This document shows, in pieces, positions 26,336 through 39,319 of a stretch of 64,000 nucleotides of DNA. Location: the NCBI GenBank assembly GCA_951406725.2, contig OX597824.1:3472001-3536000 (forward strand), given 5' to 3'. Positions within the stretch are counted from its first letter, which is position 1. Each line of letters begins with the position of its first letter. The notes under the pieces were generated by a model. The model did no database searches and was not told the origin of the DNA. It worked only from the letters and a program-made list of their open reading frames with translations. The translations under genes were made by a program, and so were the position numbers. The stretch comes from Octopus vulgaris. Its lineage: Eukaryota.

Positions 26336-26864
26336 GACTACCCGTCTGATAAGGGTACACTAGGCACATGCATCACAACCATGTGTGTGCGACATGGTGA
26401 TCTCATATCAAGATAAACAGTGCATGACCTTGCAGGTGGGGCCCAGTTAGAATTTTCTTCTGGTCGAGAAGCCCATCCCACTCAAAAGGTCCCTGAATAA
26501 GGGTTGTTTAAGGATGCTGAACGAACCACCCACGTTTCCAGAGGTGAATTAGCCAAACCTCCAACAATCCCTTTCAACATATGGCTATGATACTCCCCAA
26601 CTACTTCTGCTTGTGATCAGAGATGTACATATTGTCAGCTACCAAGGGACATGGTCAACTGATTAAGGTCAAACAACTGACAAGCAAATCTGTGGTATTG
26701 AGCAGAATATTTGCTGTAGGCCATCTTTTATAGCAACACAAAACAATGTAAATGATAACACTTCCAATCAATTAAGATCAGAAGCCATGAGAGCCACTGC
26801 CTGGTACTGCATCAGGACATTTATTATTATTATTATTATTATTATTAATATTATTATTATTTTG

Positions 26865-27150
26865 ATTCAGTCTTATTCCTGGTAGGATTTATGTGGGTAG
26901 CGAGTTACTATCTCTAACCTCAGGTGTCCTCAAATTTTTCAGCTCCCTTTCAAGTGCTTAGAATCCTCCTGATAATCCTTGTTGTCCCAAAGAAACAAAC
27001 TTTCTGTAGGAGCTCTACCAGCCAATCTATTCCAATCTCCTTCAGCCGTTTGTCTATATCTTGGCTTACTGTCCCCCAACTCACCAATTATGATAGGCAC
27101 GACCTTTACTGCTCACATGCTCCAAATTCTTCCAATTTCAAATTTTAAGC
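26865..27150 (-). mobile_element. R4/Dong-like LINE 3' end next to (ATT)n
   Basis: Minus strand ...LVELLQKVCFFGTTRIIRRIL; the 3' UTR also occurs at 23565-23685 beside (ATT)n. Confidence 0.7.
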
Positions 27151-27835
27151 GATTGTTTTTTTTTGTTTTGTTATTCTTCCTCTTTCTTTACTTTTCCTTA
27201 TCTACACTTGTTACATCTGGCTTCTCTGTTGTTGGTTGCACAATAAGACATATCTAGTCTTGTCCAGGGTATGGTGACCTCCCTCATATTGGTTCTACAC
27301 TACATTTCATCTAGTCTTTTCATGTGCATAGTCACTTCTCTATTGCTAGTTTCATGATAAGCTGCACCTTGTCTTGTAAGCTGTCTTGTGTTGGTTCCAC
27401 AATCAAGGATTGGTGTCCAATCCATAATCGGTTCCATGATTCACTGCATCTGTTACATTCTGTAAAACTGTTGGCGCCAGAGCATCAGCAAAAAGTGTCT
27501 TGCAATGTTTGAACTCACAGTTTACTGCCTGAGTTCAAAAACCACCAAGGTTACCTTTGATTCCAAAGAGTTTATAAAACAAACCTCCTGTCAAATATTT
27601 AATTAACCGTTCCCTCTAAAATTTCTGTGCCTGCCAGTTCTGTCCTTGAACTATGGTCATGCTGGGTTTAGTCAATTAGATCAGCCAGATAGAAACCATG
27701 CTGAAAATGAAGTATGTCTGCAGGATATGGTGCTTCCGTTCATCAACAAGAGCCATAACTTTGAATAAGAACCAACTTGGACATCACACTCATCACAGAC
27801 TTGTTTAACTCATATCATCATGAAAGCATATGTAA

Positions 27836-28760
27836 AATGATGATGACGGTGATAATGATGATGTACATGATGGTGATGATGTAAATGATGATGATAGTGA
27901 TGATGATGATATAGATGATGGTGATGATGATGTAGAGGATGATAATGATGATGTAGATGATGGTGGTGATGGTGATGGTGATGTAGATGATGATGGTGAT
28001 GATGACAATGATGATGATAATGATGATGTAGATGATGATGTTGACAAGGGAACATATTTTACTGTCCAAAGCCAATAAAATAAGTAACAGGGACACACTG
28101 GGGTTTACTTAATAGTTTACCATTCTCCTCTTGGACAACTCTTTGTAACACAAACTCTGGTCACACCCCTGAATGGTAACCAGAGTAAAATCTTAAATCT
28201 GAGGAAGTAGCATTTAATTCTGGGTTCAAATCGTGTCTGGAATAGCATAATTTTTCATCTCTTGAAAGAGGTGGTGGTGGTGGTGGTGGTGGTGGTGGTG
28301 GTGGTAGTGGCAGTGATGACGGTGTGGGTGAGGATGAGAGCGATGGTGGTGAGTGTGATGATTATGGTGATGATGATGATGATGATGATGATCCTGAAGA
28401 TAAATGGATGATCATCAGATCTTGGTCATCATGAAAGTGATGACAATGAATAATATGGTGATGATGATGATGATGATAAATAATAACATAATAATAACGT
28501 TGATGATCATGATAGTGATTACAACAATAATTAACAATACGATGATGATAAGAATGACAATTAACGAGGTAATAATGAGAATTTGATGATTCTGGTATTG
28601 CTGATGTTGATGATGATGATGCAATGTAAAGATTAATAAGATGATGACAAGCATGATGGTGGTGATGACAACGATGAGGATATTGACATTAATGATGGTG
28701 ATGACTAATATGATGACCCCTGATTAATGGACGATGATGATGATGATGATGATGATGAGG
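27836..28760. repeat. (GAT/GGT)n low-complexity tracts
   Basis: Direct observation: 27836-28043 and 28270-28760. Confidence 0.9.
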
Positions 28761-29350
28761 TATCTCTAACAAGAGTTGGCTCTGTGCCTAAAGAGGAAAT
28801 CAACATTGAAGAGAAATGAAAGAAAATAATGAGGGAAGATTTTTTTTTCTTTTTAGGGGTGGAGACAGGGAGAAGGTGGAGAGATGATGAGTTGTCTTTA
28901 TGAAAATAGTTGATTGAATTGACCCCAGTGTGCGAGTAGTACTTTATTCTATTGACCCTGGGAGGATGAAAGTTGACTGACCCAAGCAAAGTATTTGAAC
29001 TCAGGACGTAGTAATTTGTTGTAACTAGTTCATGAGTGCAGCCAGAAAGTGCAGCCAAAAAAGGGTGATTTCCATTATCAAAATTAATCCACGATTGCTT
29101 GGGGAAAATAATAATCATCACCATTTTGACTTTCCCTAATTGCAAGGCTTCAGACGGAATTTGTTGCAGCAAATTTTCTATGGTTGGATGCTTTTCCTGT
29201 GGCCAACCCTCACCTGTCTCCAAGTCAGGTAATATTTTTCCAATGATTGAATAACCCTTTTTTCAAGTAAGGGATCTCTTATTTCACACATCTTCCTCAG
29301 CATAAAGTGGGCAGATGATTTACTGGTAAGAGGAGTGACATCAACAACAA

Positions 29351-29550
29351 GTGGATGCGCAATGGCCCAGTGGTTAGGGCAACAGACTCGCAGTCAGAGG
29401 ATCGTGGTTTCGATTCCCAGGCCGGGTGTTGTGTGTGTTTATTGAGCGAAAACACCTAAAAGCTCCACGAGGCTCCAGCAGGGGGTGGTGGCAACCCCTG
29501 TTGTACTCTTTCGCTCCAACTTTCTCTCACTATTTCTTCGTGTTTCTTGT
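29351..29550 (+). mobile_element. tRNA-derived SINE family D (partial)
   Basis: A box tggcccagtgg, B box gtttcgattcc; copies at 31801 and 38630. Confidence 0.8.
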
Positions 29551-29938
29551 CCAACTGCATGGCACCTTGAACAAGTGTTTTCTACTATAGCCCCAGGCTT
29601 ATCAATGCCTCGTGAGTGGGTTTGGTTGGCAGAAACTGAGAGAAGCCTGTTGTATATGTGTGTGCATGTGTGTGTATGTTTATAAGTGTGTGTCTGCACA
29701 TGTGCATACTTCCTTGTCTTGATGACTATCACTGTCATACTGGTGGTGCCATGCATTTCCACTATTCTATAAAAGTGCGTCCAGTCGCAGGGAAATGTTA
29801 CCTTGCTTGGAAACATGTAAGGGTTAGTAACAGGAAGTGACATCTGGCTGTAGGAAACCTGCCTCAAGCATAGAAAATGATGATGACGAATGAAGTTAAT
29901 CATAAATATACAAAAAAGACAACATTTTGAAGGCTCTG

Positions 29939-30238
29939 AGTAAAAGATGAGACAGACTTAAAGGTAAAGACGAGATGGACATAAAGGTAAAGATGAGACA
30001 GACATAAAGGTAAAGATGAGGCAGTCTTAAAGGTAAAAATGAGACAGATGTAAAGGTAAAAATGAGACAGATGTAAAGGTAAAGATGAGGCAGACTTAAA
30101 GGTAAAGATGAGACAGATGTAAAGGTAAAAATGAGACAGACGTAAAGGTAAAAATGAGACAGATGTAAAGGTAAAAATGAGGCAGACGTAAAGGTAAAGA
30201 TGAGACGGATGTAAAGGTAAAAGTTGAGACAGACCTAA
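29939..30238. repeat. 23-bp minisatellite, about 13 copies
   Basis: Unit aaaggtaaagatgagacagatgt with variants. Confidence 0.9.
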
Positions 30239-31348
30239 CAACAGTGAGTTCTATCTTCACTTTTCAAGTCTGTACACACTGAGCAATAATCACTTCTCCT
30301 CCCATACACATCATCAACCAACCCTAACCCTTCACCTGATGTCAATTTCCCTCCAAACTTTATCTAAAAAAAAAAGAAATTAAAATCTGATCTTAGATAA
30401 GCTAGAGTGATTAATAGAAAACTAAATCCTTATCAGTATTGATCCCAATCAATAATCAATAACCTGTTAATAATCTGCTGAATAGTCTCAAAATTCTTAA
30501 GAAATTGAAAATAAAAATAAAAAAATAGGCCATCAGCTTATTTTTTCTCAAATTTCATAGAAAAAAATTGTTTGTTAAATAAAAAAAATTAAGGAAAGAT
30601 TTTCTTTTTAATTAAGAAAGAAAAATTAAGAAACAATAGCAAAGGAATAAGAAAATGGAAAATAAAATTTTCTGTAACAAATGTATTTATCACAATATGG
30701 TAATTTGACTTCCATTATCCGAGTTTTAATCACAAATGAAATATGAAACCAAAAGAAGTTGTTCTATTTTCTCTCAAACATAAAAGAGTGAACTCATTTT
30801 AACTGTTAAACACATATCATCATCATCATCATCGTCATCATCATCATCGTCATCATCATCATCGTTACTTAACTTGTTTTCCAACGCTGGCATGGGTTGA
30901 AAAGTTCAACAGGAATTGATAAGCAAAGGAATGCGCCAAGCCCGAATATCTTTTTTGGGGTGGTTCCTATGGTTGGATGCCCTTCCTAAAGCAAAACACA
31001 CAAAGTGTGCATTGGGTGCTTTTTTTTATGTAGCACTGGCACTAATGAGGTTATCGAATATCTCACGAGACTCTTTGACTGAGAGGGTGAGAAGGGTGGC
31101 ATTGAGGGTGGTGGCTTTATGCCAGGTGATGAGATGTTAAAGTATGATAGGGGGCCATGAATAGGTGCAGGGGGGGTTATATGGTTACCCCAGTTGGAAG
31201 AGAAGGATGGTGGTGAAGGTGTGATGGTGTGTCAAGGCATATCCATCCCATGTAATACACAAGAAGACAACAGGGTGAAGAATGGGATGGAAATCTGAAA
31301 AAAATATTGAAAATGTATATGAAATCATCATCATCATCATTAAACATC

Positions 31349-31404
<56 letters not shown>

Positions 31405-31800
31405 CAGGTATAATGCATGAGGAGAGTGAGAGGTGTATAGTGGTGGGTGAAGAGAGATTAATTTGGTAGCAGAAGGTGGTTGGTGATGGTTTGAGCAGGA
31501 GATTGGGTGAATGACCTATTTGTGTAAATATATAAATATATGAATAAATAGTTAAATAAGTAAGTAAATAAATCAATGAAAAAATAATGAGTAATTAAAA
31601 GTCAATGAGTCTTATTATAATAAGATTTGTGGATTGGCAGAACCGTTAGAGCATCTGACAAAATGTAGCTCTTGCTCTGGTTCTTTAAGTTCAAATCCCA
31701 CCAAGGTTAACTTCTTTGCTCTTCATCCTTTTCTCTGTGTGTGTGTATGTGTGCATGATTACTGCTATCCTGCAACAAAGGCTGGCCCATGAGTTGCTGG

Positions 31801-32105
31801 GTGGAGGCACATGGCCTAGTGGTTAGAGCAGCGGACTTGCGGTCGAGGGATCGCGGGTTCGAATCTCAGACCGGGCGATGTGTGTGTTTATGAGCGAAAT
31901 ACCTAAGCTTCACATGGCTCCAGCTGAAGGGAATGGTGAACTTCTGCTGACTCTTTCGCCACAACTTTCTCTCACTCTTTCCTCCTGCATCATGCAGCTC
32001 ACTTGTGACAGACCGGTGTCCTGTCCAAGTGGGGAACCTATATGCCAAGGAAACCGGGAAACCGGCCCTTATGAGCCAGGCATGGCTCGAGAAGGATCAA
32101 ACAAG
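31801..32105 (+). mobile_element. tRNA-derived SINE family D variant
   Basis: A box tggcctagtgg, B box ggttcgaatct; body shared with 29351 and 38630; different 3' tail. Confidence 0.8.
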
Positions 32106-32302
32106 AGTTGCTGGTGCCCTGGGCAAGCTGACCTTTGGCATGTACAAGCTGATGGTGGTGGCAATTTCCTTGTCTTTGTGATGCCCTCCTGTAACGTTGT
32201 GATTGTAAGCACAATTCACAAACCACTCAGATGCTATCTGCTAAAATAAATACTGGGGCTCATATCATCATCATCATTACCATCGTCATCATCATCATCA
32301 TT

Positions 32303-32538
32303 ACCTATTCCTTTACTATCCACAAGGGGCTAAACACAGAGGGGACAAACAAGGACAGACAAACGGATTAAGTCGATTACATTGACCCCAGTGCGTAACT
32401 GGTACTTAATTTATCGACCCTGAAAGGATGAAAGGCAAAGTCGACTTCTGTGGAATTTGAACTCAAAACGTAATGGCAGACGAAATACCACTAAGCATTT
32501 CGCCCGGCGTGCTGACATTTCTGCCAGCTTGCCGCCTT
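32303..32538 (-). mobile_element. SINE family A, full length, inserted in (CAT)n
   Basis: Homology to 302-530. Confidence 0.85.
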
Positions 32539-32943
32539 CACCATCATCATCATCATCATCATATTAATATCCTCTTTTCCATTCTTGCATGAGTTGGACT
32601 GTCTTTGTTGATCCAGGTCCTCCATGGCCTGATGCTCTTCCAGTTGCCAACCTTTACCTGTATCCAAGCAAAGTAATATTCTTTGAATCCATGGCTTCAC
32701 CTGTTTCATTGCAAGATTGGAAATTAACAATGCCTCTTGCATGGTGGTCATGTTTATTTACAATTATCCCAAGATGTCAAGAAAAGGCAACATAAATACA
32801 CATACATATGACATACATATGACAGCCCCTTTCAGCTTCCAACTACCGAATCATTCAAGAGGTTTTGGTCAACCCAGGACTCCAAAGCACCACCGATGGA
32901 ACGGAAATCAAAACTATGGGATAGGAGAAGATACTTATCCAAA

Positions 32944-32978
<35 letters not shown>

Positions 32979-33416
32979 ATCTGCATGCAAAATGTATAAA
33001 TGCCAACATTGGGTCCTGGATCCTTTCTATGATCTTTCACATTCTACAAACACCAAATCTGTCAAACAATAAAATGTCTGTCTTATAGTTGAATATGGTA
33101 ATTTGTGGTAGATGGTCAAGCTAGACAGATACATGTACATACACTGTACATATATGCACGCTAAATGTTGAAATGCGTGTACATTTACATATAGGTATGT
33201 CTGTGTGAATACACACACACACACACACACATTCCAAAATGTAATTACATGTGGATTGTTGGCGATTTTTTCCTCCATTTTTTTCTCTTGGACTTCCCTC
33301 CCTGAGCGTCTTTTAATACTTTGCATGTACCACGTCCTCATGTTGTTCCTTTTTTTCTTGTGTTTTTCTTCCTATTTTTCAATTAATCATATATATACAT
33401 ATATATATACTTTATA

Positions 33417-33640
33417 TTTAAAGCTGCAAAAAAATCACTAAAAAACTGTTACTCAGAGTTTCACGTTTTTTAGACAGTTGTGATTCAGAATCACAACTGT
33501 CCAACAAACGGGAACGTGAAACTCTGAGTATCAGTTTTTCGTGATGTTTTTGCAGTTTTAATAATAATAAAGCGTATTACTCTACCTTCAGTATTCGAGT
33601 ACTAATTTTTCCCCCCTTGTTTCACATTTATATGCTTACA
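33417..33640 (+). mobile_element. Fold-back Penelope pLTR-like element
   Basis: Inverted repeat centred at 33487 (arms about 33417-33486 / 33488-33561). Confidence 0.7.
33495..33536 (+). ncRNA. Decayed minimal hammerhead
   Basis: AACTGT-CCAACAA-ACG-ggaa-CGT-GAAA-ctctgag-TA-tcagtt; core is explicable as decay of CYGACGA; the opposite arm restores stem I (acagtt). Confidence 0.55.
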
Positions 33641-33671
33641 CTGGTACACACACACACACACACACATATAT

Positions 33672-33857
33672 ATGTGACCGCGTGTGTATCATTGGCGATT
33701 TTTTTCCTCCATCTTCCCTTCCTTGGATCTTTCCTTTTTCTATGTTTCTGACGAAGAGCTCCGCTCGAAACGTTAAATCCTCCTTCTTTCTTTTCCTGAG
33801 CATCCAATAATACTATACTTGTTCCATGTCCTTGTGTTTTCATGTTTGGATAAACTT

Positions 33858-33858
<1 letters not shown>
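33672..33858 (+). mobile_element. Penelope pLTR-like short element (same family as 11881)
   Basis: Homologous to 11881-12086. Confidence 0.7.
33744..33778 (+). ncRNA. Intact minimal type I hammerhead ribozyme motif
   Basis: GTTT-CTGACGA-A-GAGC-tcc-GCTC-GAAA-CG-TT-AAAT: full core, stem II, palindromic ACGT stem III, GUU cleavage triplet. Confidence 0.75.
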
Positions 33859-33888
<30 letters not shown>

Positions 33889-34247
33889 ATACATACACAT
33901 GCATGCTTACAACATCATCATCATCTTCATCATCATTTAACATCCATGGCTATATGTGTGTGCATGTGTGTATATATAGCTTATGCATCCAATATGGAGA
34001 GAATCAATGAAATCGTGCTCTGTCCATCGAGAGATAAATATCAGTTTAATATACAAAACACTAAAGAGTCTCTAATGGTTTTATGCCTTTACAATGCTTG
34101 GAATGGGCAGATTTAGAAAACATGGCTTAGTTTATATTCTGCTGTTTTCAGGAACCATAAAAGCATGAAAATATTTGGTCACTCTTTGGTATTTTGTGTA
34201 TTAAAGTATTAAATTGAGATATATATATATATAGATATATATATATG

Positions 34248-34373
34248 CAGTAATGCCTTGATATATGAGTTAATTAATTCCCAGAGAATACTTGTAAAGC
34301 AAAATCTCGTTAACAGAAAATAAAACTGGTAAAAACTCGTAAACCCAGGTTCTCGTAAAGTGAAATATTATTG

Positions 34374-34374
<1 letters not shown>
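34248..34374. mobile_element. Tigger/pogo-like MITE remnant
   Basis: cagtaatgcctt...gaaatattattgta imperfect TIRs in TA context; internal ctcgtaaa repeats. Confidence 0.5.
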
Positions 34375-34404
<30 letters not shown>

Positions 34405-34405
<1 letters not shown>

Positions 34406-34735
34406 TAAGAGATAATGGTGATATTCGGTGATATTGCGAATAAAGGGTTCAACGTTGGTTCTATGTCAGCGTGTGTATATAAGAACTTTTTGCATAATAA
34501 GATAAAAGAAAAAACCAAGGCTGTATAGATATTAGAGCATTTATAGAGAGAAGGTCTTACAGCTGTTTCTAGAATATTAATTAATAATAATATCCCTTCT
34601 CAAACCGTCTCCGATGAAGGGATATTATTATTAATTAATATTCTAGAAACAGCTGTAAGACTTTCTATCTATAAATGCTCTAATATCTATACAGCCTTGG
34701 TTTTTTTTATCTCATTACACAAAACATTCATATAT
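34405..34735 (+). mobile_element. Fold-back Penelope pLTR-like element
   Basis: About 90-bp near-perfect inverted repeat 34509-34599 / 34616-34708; (TA)n flanks. Confidence 0.75.
34607..34661 (+). ncRNA. Minimal hammerhead motif (U4C variant)
   Basis: GTCT-CCGATGA-A-GGGATATTA...TAATATTCT-A-GAAA-CAGCTG-TA-AGAC; palindromic stem III ACAGCTGT. Confidence 0.6.
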
Positions 34736-35159
34736 ATATATATATATATATAGTATTCTGTCAAACAGTGTATTATGGGTTATGGCAGTATATAAGTCAA
34801 ACCACTCAACTTTTTCATATAGAAGTGCTTTTCTCTTGACTGACAACTAACTGATGTTATATTATTGAATTCTGTCTGACCCAGGCAAGCTTGAAAAAGT
34901 GGCAATTAAACAATGACAACAACAGCAGTGATGACGATGACAGTGACGGTGGAGGTGGTGGCAGTGGGGGTGGGTGGGGAGAGACTAAATATGCAAGTGA
35001 TGCTACACAAGAGTTTGGGGGAATTTTAACTGTGCTATAATTATGTCTGTGAATTCTTGTGTAATAAAAACATGTCAATATTCTTGCCTCAATTATCTGT
35101 GACTAACGAAAGTCAAATTTTCAATTCATAGTTGAATGGTTGAAATGAAAGAAAGAGAG

Positions 35160-35192
<33 letters not shown>

Positions 35193-35759
35193 GGAGAAAG
35201 AGAGAGAGTTGCTAGAATTAGTCACAAAAATGGTTGATTATAAAGAATTATTTCAAACTTATACAACAGAATGCAGTGCAAAAATAGATGTTGAAAATAA
35301 TGCCAAAAGTATAAAAATAAAGACTGAATGTCTCTTTTTAAATAGGAATCGAAATTATTGATTCTTTCAAAATCAAACTCTTCACTGAATGGATTGCAAT
35401 TGTTAAGATGCAGAAACAGTTGCAGTGTTGCAGCTGCAGTATATGAAGTGCTAACAATGGCTGATTGAGATTTCAACTTAACCAGTTCAGAGGTTATCAA
35501 TGCATATCTATTATTTGTTTATTAATTAATTTGATTGCTGTTGCAATTGGGCAAATAACAGTATCTATGGTTACAGGTTTTCAAACCATCAGTCAGGGGT
35601 TTATTGTGTTTCTGATGAGGAGGGAAAGTGACAAGGGAGTATATGTAACTCAATGTAGAACAATTATTGTAAAGGACCTTATTTGAAAGGTATCATTTTT
35701 TCATTTTTCTCGCTGATCTTATTTGTGTACATTCACACACACACACACACACACACACT

Positions 35760-35900
35760 GTCTCATAGAAAGAACTGTTACAGCCACTAGGTAAATGTTG
35801 AAAAGTACAGGGGCAAGAATGCATCCTTGTATGACCCCCACCTGGACATTAAATGGTTCTGAGACTTCACTGCAGAGTGTCACTCCTGTTTGCATCATGC
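35760..35900 (-). mobile_element. RTE RT fragment
   Basis: Minus strand SEPFNVQVGVIQGCILAPVLFNIYLVAV. Confidence 0.65.
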
Positions 35901-37385
35901 AACTTTTGGGCCATCAAGAGAAACGCTAGTAGACAGCTAAACTTCTGAGGCAGGTGCCACAACTAGGACAGACATAACACATCACGAGAAAGAGAGAGGC
36001 AGGGGATGGGAGAGATGGAGAGAAATCAACGGTTCTAAGGATCACATCTAACCATTCTACTGATTGTCTCTGTGTCAGATCTGTCTGATTAAGGATGATC
36101 TGGGAGCTACGCAACAACAACAACAACAACAACTATCTCGACTATTCTATAATCTCTAGAGCTGCAAAGCCATCACGGGAAGGGTTGTGTTTGTAAAGTC
36201 TATCAAGAACAAGTCAGCCTGGCAGAACCCAATCTATCGGAAATGACCTCTGTTCATTTTGGCAAGTTAAGAGAACACTCATTAATTGGTTTCAGTTTTA
36301 TTGCTGATGCTTGCAATGGTGAGTTGTTTTTAGCATGTTGTACTTGTTTACAGCTACATGGACTGAGCTATTTGAGAATGTTCTACCTTAGCAACAGATG
36401 CAGCAAGAGAGGAGTGATGGTACATCAACTGACGACTTCTCAATTCGTGAAATTCTCCAATAATCTTCCATCAGTCCAGTCATCTCTTCTCTTTTGTCTA
36501 ATATTCTTCACTCCAAGACAAACCAGAAATGAAAATACAAATTAGAGAACCGCTGGCTGTTTTCCCTGTCTAGCCTGAAGACTCCTAATCTGACAGTTGA
36601 TATGGAATTATTGTTTGGGATTAGTCAGTGCTTCGCTTGTAGCAAATACCAAGTTGTATTGTGATTGATTAGAATAAAATGAAAATTAATTCAGAATCTC
36701 TCACTAAGACTTTTCTTCCTATCCACCATTTTCAACACAAAATATTGTATAAAACAAAGGAATACATTTTTTACCCTTTATGTGTAATGTGTGAAGGCCC
36801 ATGGCCAAGTGGTTTGGGTGTTGTACTCATGAACTTAAGAGCGTTGTTTCAATTCCTGCACCAAGCAGTCCATTGCGTGCCTGAGCAAAATGATTCATTT
36901 TATGTTGCACCAGTCCATCCATCTTCTCCACCCACTCTTCCTATCAGGGTTGTGGGGAGAGAATCCTTCATCACGTCCTCCATAGGATCTTATCTGAAGC
37001 ATCCAACTTTAGACTTTCCAGTTGGATTCCCAAGCATGGCCAACTTAGACTATGGACATTATTATCCAACCTTCTTGGTTTTTGTCTGTCCATTGGTCAC
37101 TGGCTCAGCATGAAGTATCCATCCTGCAGCTCTTTCTTGCTCCAGTCCACACAGCTGCAAATGAGTTACAGCAATAGCTGTGAAGTTACCTCTGCAGTGG
37201 ACTGGCATCCTATCCAGGGGTCAGTGTTGTAATCTCGGTTACTTATACATTATGGAAACCAGCTTTATGAGTACTAGGGCTCATAACAGACCTAAATCTG
37301 TAATATTGTTAGCAATGTTTACAAATATTTTAGATACCTTCCTTAATTATTATTTAGCCTGATGGAACTTCATATATGCATACAG

Positions 37386-37419
<34 letters not shown>

Positions 37420-37545
37420 GTATATATATGGCGGTGCCCCAGCATGGCCACAGCTCATGAGCTGAAACTAGATAAAATAAAAAAAAAAAATATATATATA
37501 TATAGGTGAGAAAGTTGGTGTGTGAAAGCACGTGGTTGAATATAT

Positions 37546-37841
37546 AGAAAATAGTAAAAAGTGAAAAAACTACAGAAGGCTTGTTTTAGAAGGTTAAAAA
37601 ATATATATTTGAGTCATTATGTCAGAAGAATGTTATAAATTTTTTTCATACAGTGACATAGTTTAACAAGATCATAACAATGTTTTGAGAAATTTGAAAA
37701 GTTAACACGAAATTGGTAATTTCTTCAAAAACTATGTCACTGTATAAACAAATTTTTAACATTCTTCTGACATAATGACTCAAATATATATTTTTTAACC
37801 TTTTAAAACAAGCCTTCTGTAGTTTTTTCACTTTTTACTAT

Positions 37842-37846
<5 letters not shown>
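37546..37846. mobile_element. Fold-back element (Penelope pLTR-like) in (TA)n
   Basis: About 118-bp inverted repeat 37546-37664 / 37728-37846; the spacer has a gaaat...cgaaattggtaatttc hammerhead-like relic. Confidence 0.6.
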
Positions 37847-37893
<47 letters not shown>

Positions 37894-37895
<2 letters not shown>

Positions 37896-37983
37896 TTAGC
37901 CCTTTTACCCTCGGGTGCAGGGGAAAAAAAAACAAAATTGGTCTTTTTGAGATTCATTTAACGATTTACAAAATTAAATTTAC

Positions 37984-38023
<40 letters not shown>

Positions 38024-38219
38024 TATTCTCTGCAACGTGTCACATCAATAAATTTGCATTGTCACATTTTCTATTAACCATGATAGACAGAACTAGTTAA
38101 TTAATCAACACAGATCAATGACATCTATTAATAAGCAATTAGCCCTTTTACCCTCGGGTGCAGGGGAAAAAAAAACAAAATTGGTCTTTTTGAGATTCAT
38201 TTAACGATTTACAAAATTA

Positions 38220-38226
<7 letters not shown>
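37894..38226. repeat. Identical 90-bp direct duplication (37894-37983 and 38137-38226), each copy followed by (CA)n
   Basis: Direct comparison. Confidence 0.9.
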
Positions 38227-38539
<313 letters not shown>

Positions 38540-38629
38540 GTCATCATCATTTAACATCCATGATACATGTTGGCATCAGTTGGATCGTTGGTAGGGGTTG
38601 GTCTTTTATACACACACACACACACACAA

Positions 38630-39031
38630 GTGGAGGCGCAATGGCCCAGTGATTAGGGCAGCAGACTCGCGGCCGGAGGATCACGGTTTCGATTCCCAGA
38701 CCGGGCGTTGTGTGTGTTTATTGAGCGAAAACACCTAAAGCTCCACGAGGCTCCGGCAGAGGGAGGTGGCGACCCCTGTTGTTCTCTTTTGCTCCAACTT
38801 TCTCTCACTCTTTCTTCCTGTCTCTTGTCCCCGACTTCCTACGCAACCGCTGAGCCTGGATGTGCATTCATCCATCCTTTGATGCTCTCGGTGCCGGGGA
38901 TTGACCTGCTTTCTCTCTTCTGCGGGTCTTACGAATAGTAAAGGATCACGTTTCGGACTTCTTCCACTACAGAGGCACAATCTTGCGAGCTCTGGGACGA
39001 AGGCCGCTTCGCTCAATAAACAAACTAACAA
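38630..39031 (+). mobile_element. tRNA-derived SINE family D, full length
   Basis: A/B boxes, shared body and (aaac) tail, inserted within (CA)n. Confidence 0.8.
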
Positions 39032-39319
39032 ACACACACACACACACACACAATGGATTATAATGAATGCTGTGTCCCTATGAAACACATCTGCACATTC
39101 CAATAATCAAATGCGTTCAGATGTTTTATATTTGAAATGAGGTCATCCATATTGGCTGAAAGTCCTCATGAATCATAACATTTGCAAAGAAAGTATATAT
39201 TAAAACAAAGACGGCAAAATTTGAACCCAAGACATAAAATCTGACAAACCGCTGCCAAGCCTTTCGTACCAACATGTTACCAATTCTGCCAGCTCACATC
39301 ATTATCCCCATCATGTAAG

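Noticed and set aside
27805-28654. His/Ser/Ile-rich ORFs
   Set aside because: Trinucleotide low-complexity sequence with no splice or codon evidence.
31801-31878. tRNA gene
   Set aside because: It has A/B boxes but no acceptor stem, and continues into a SINE body shared with 29351 and 38630.
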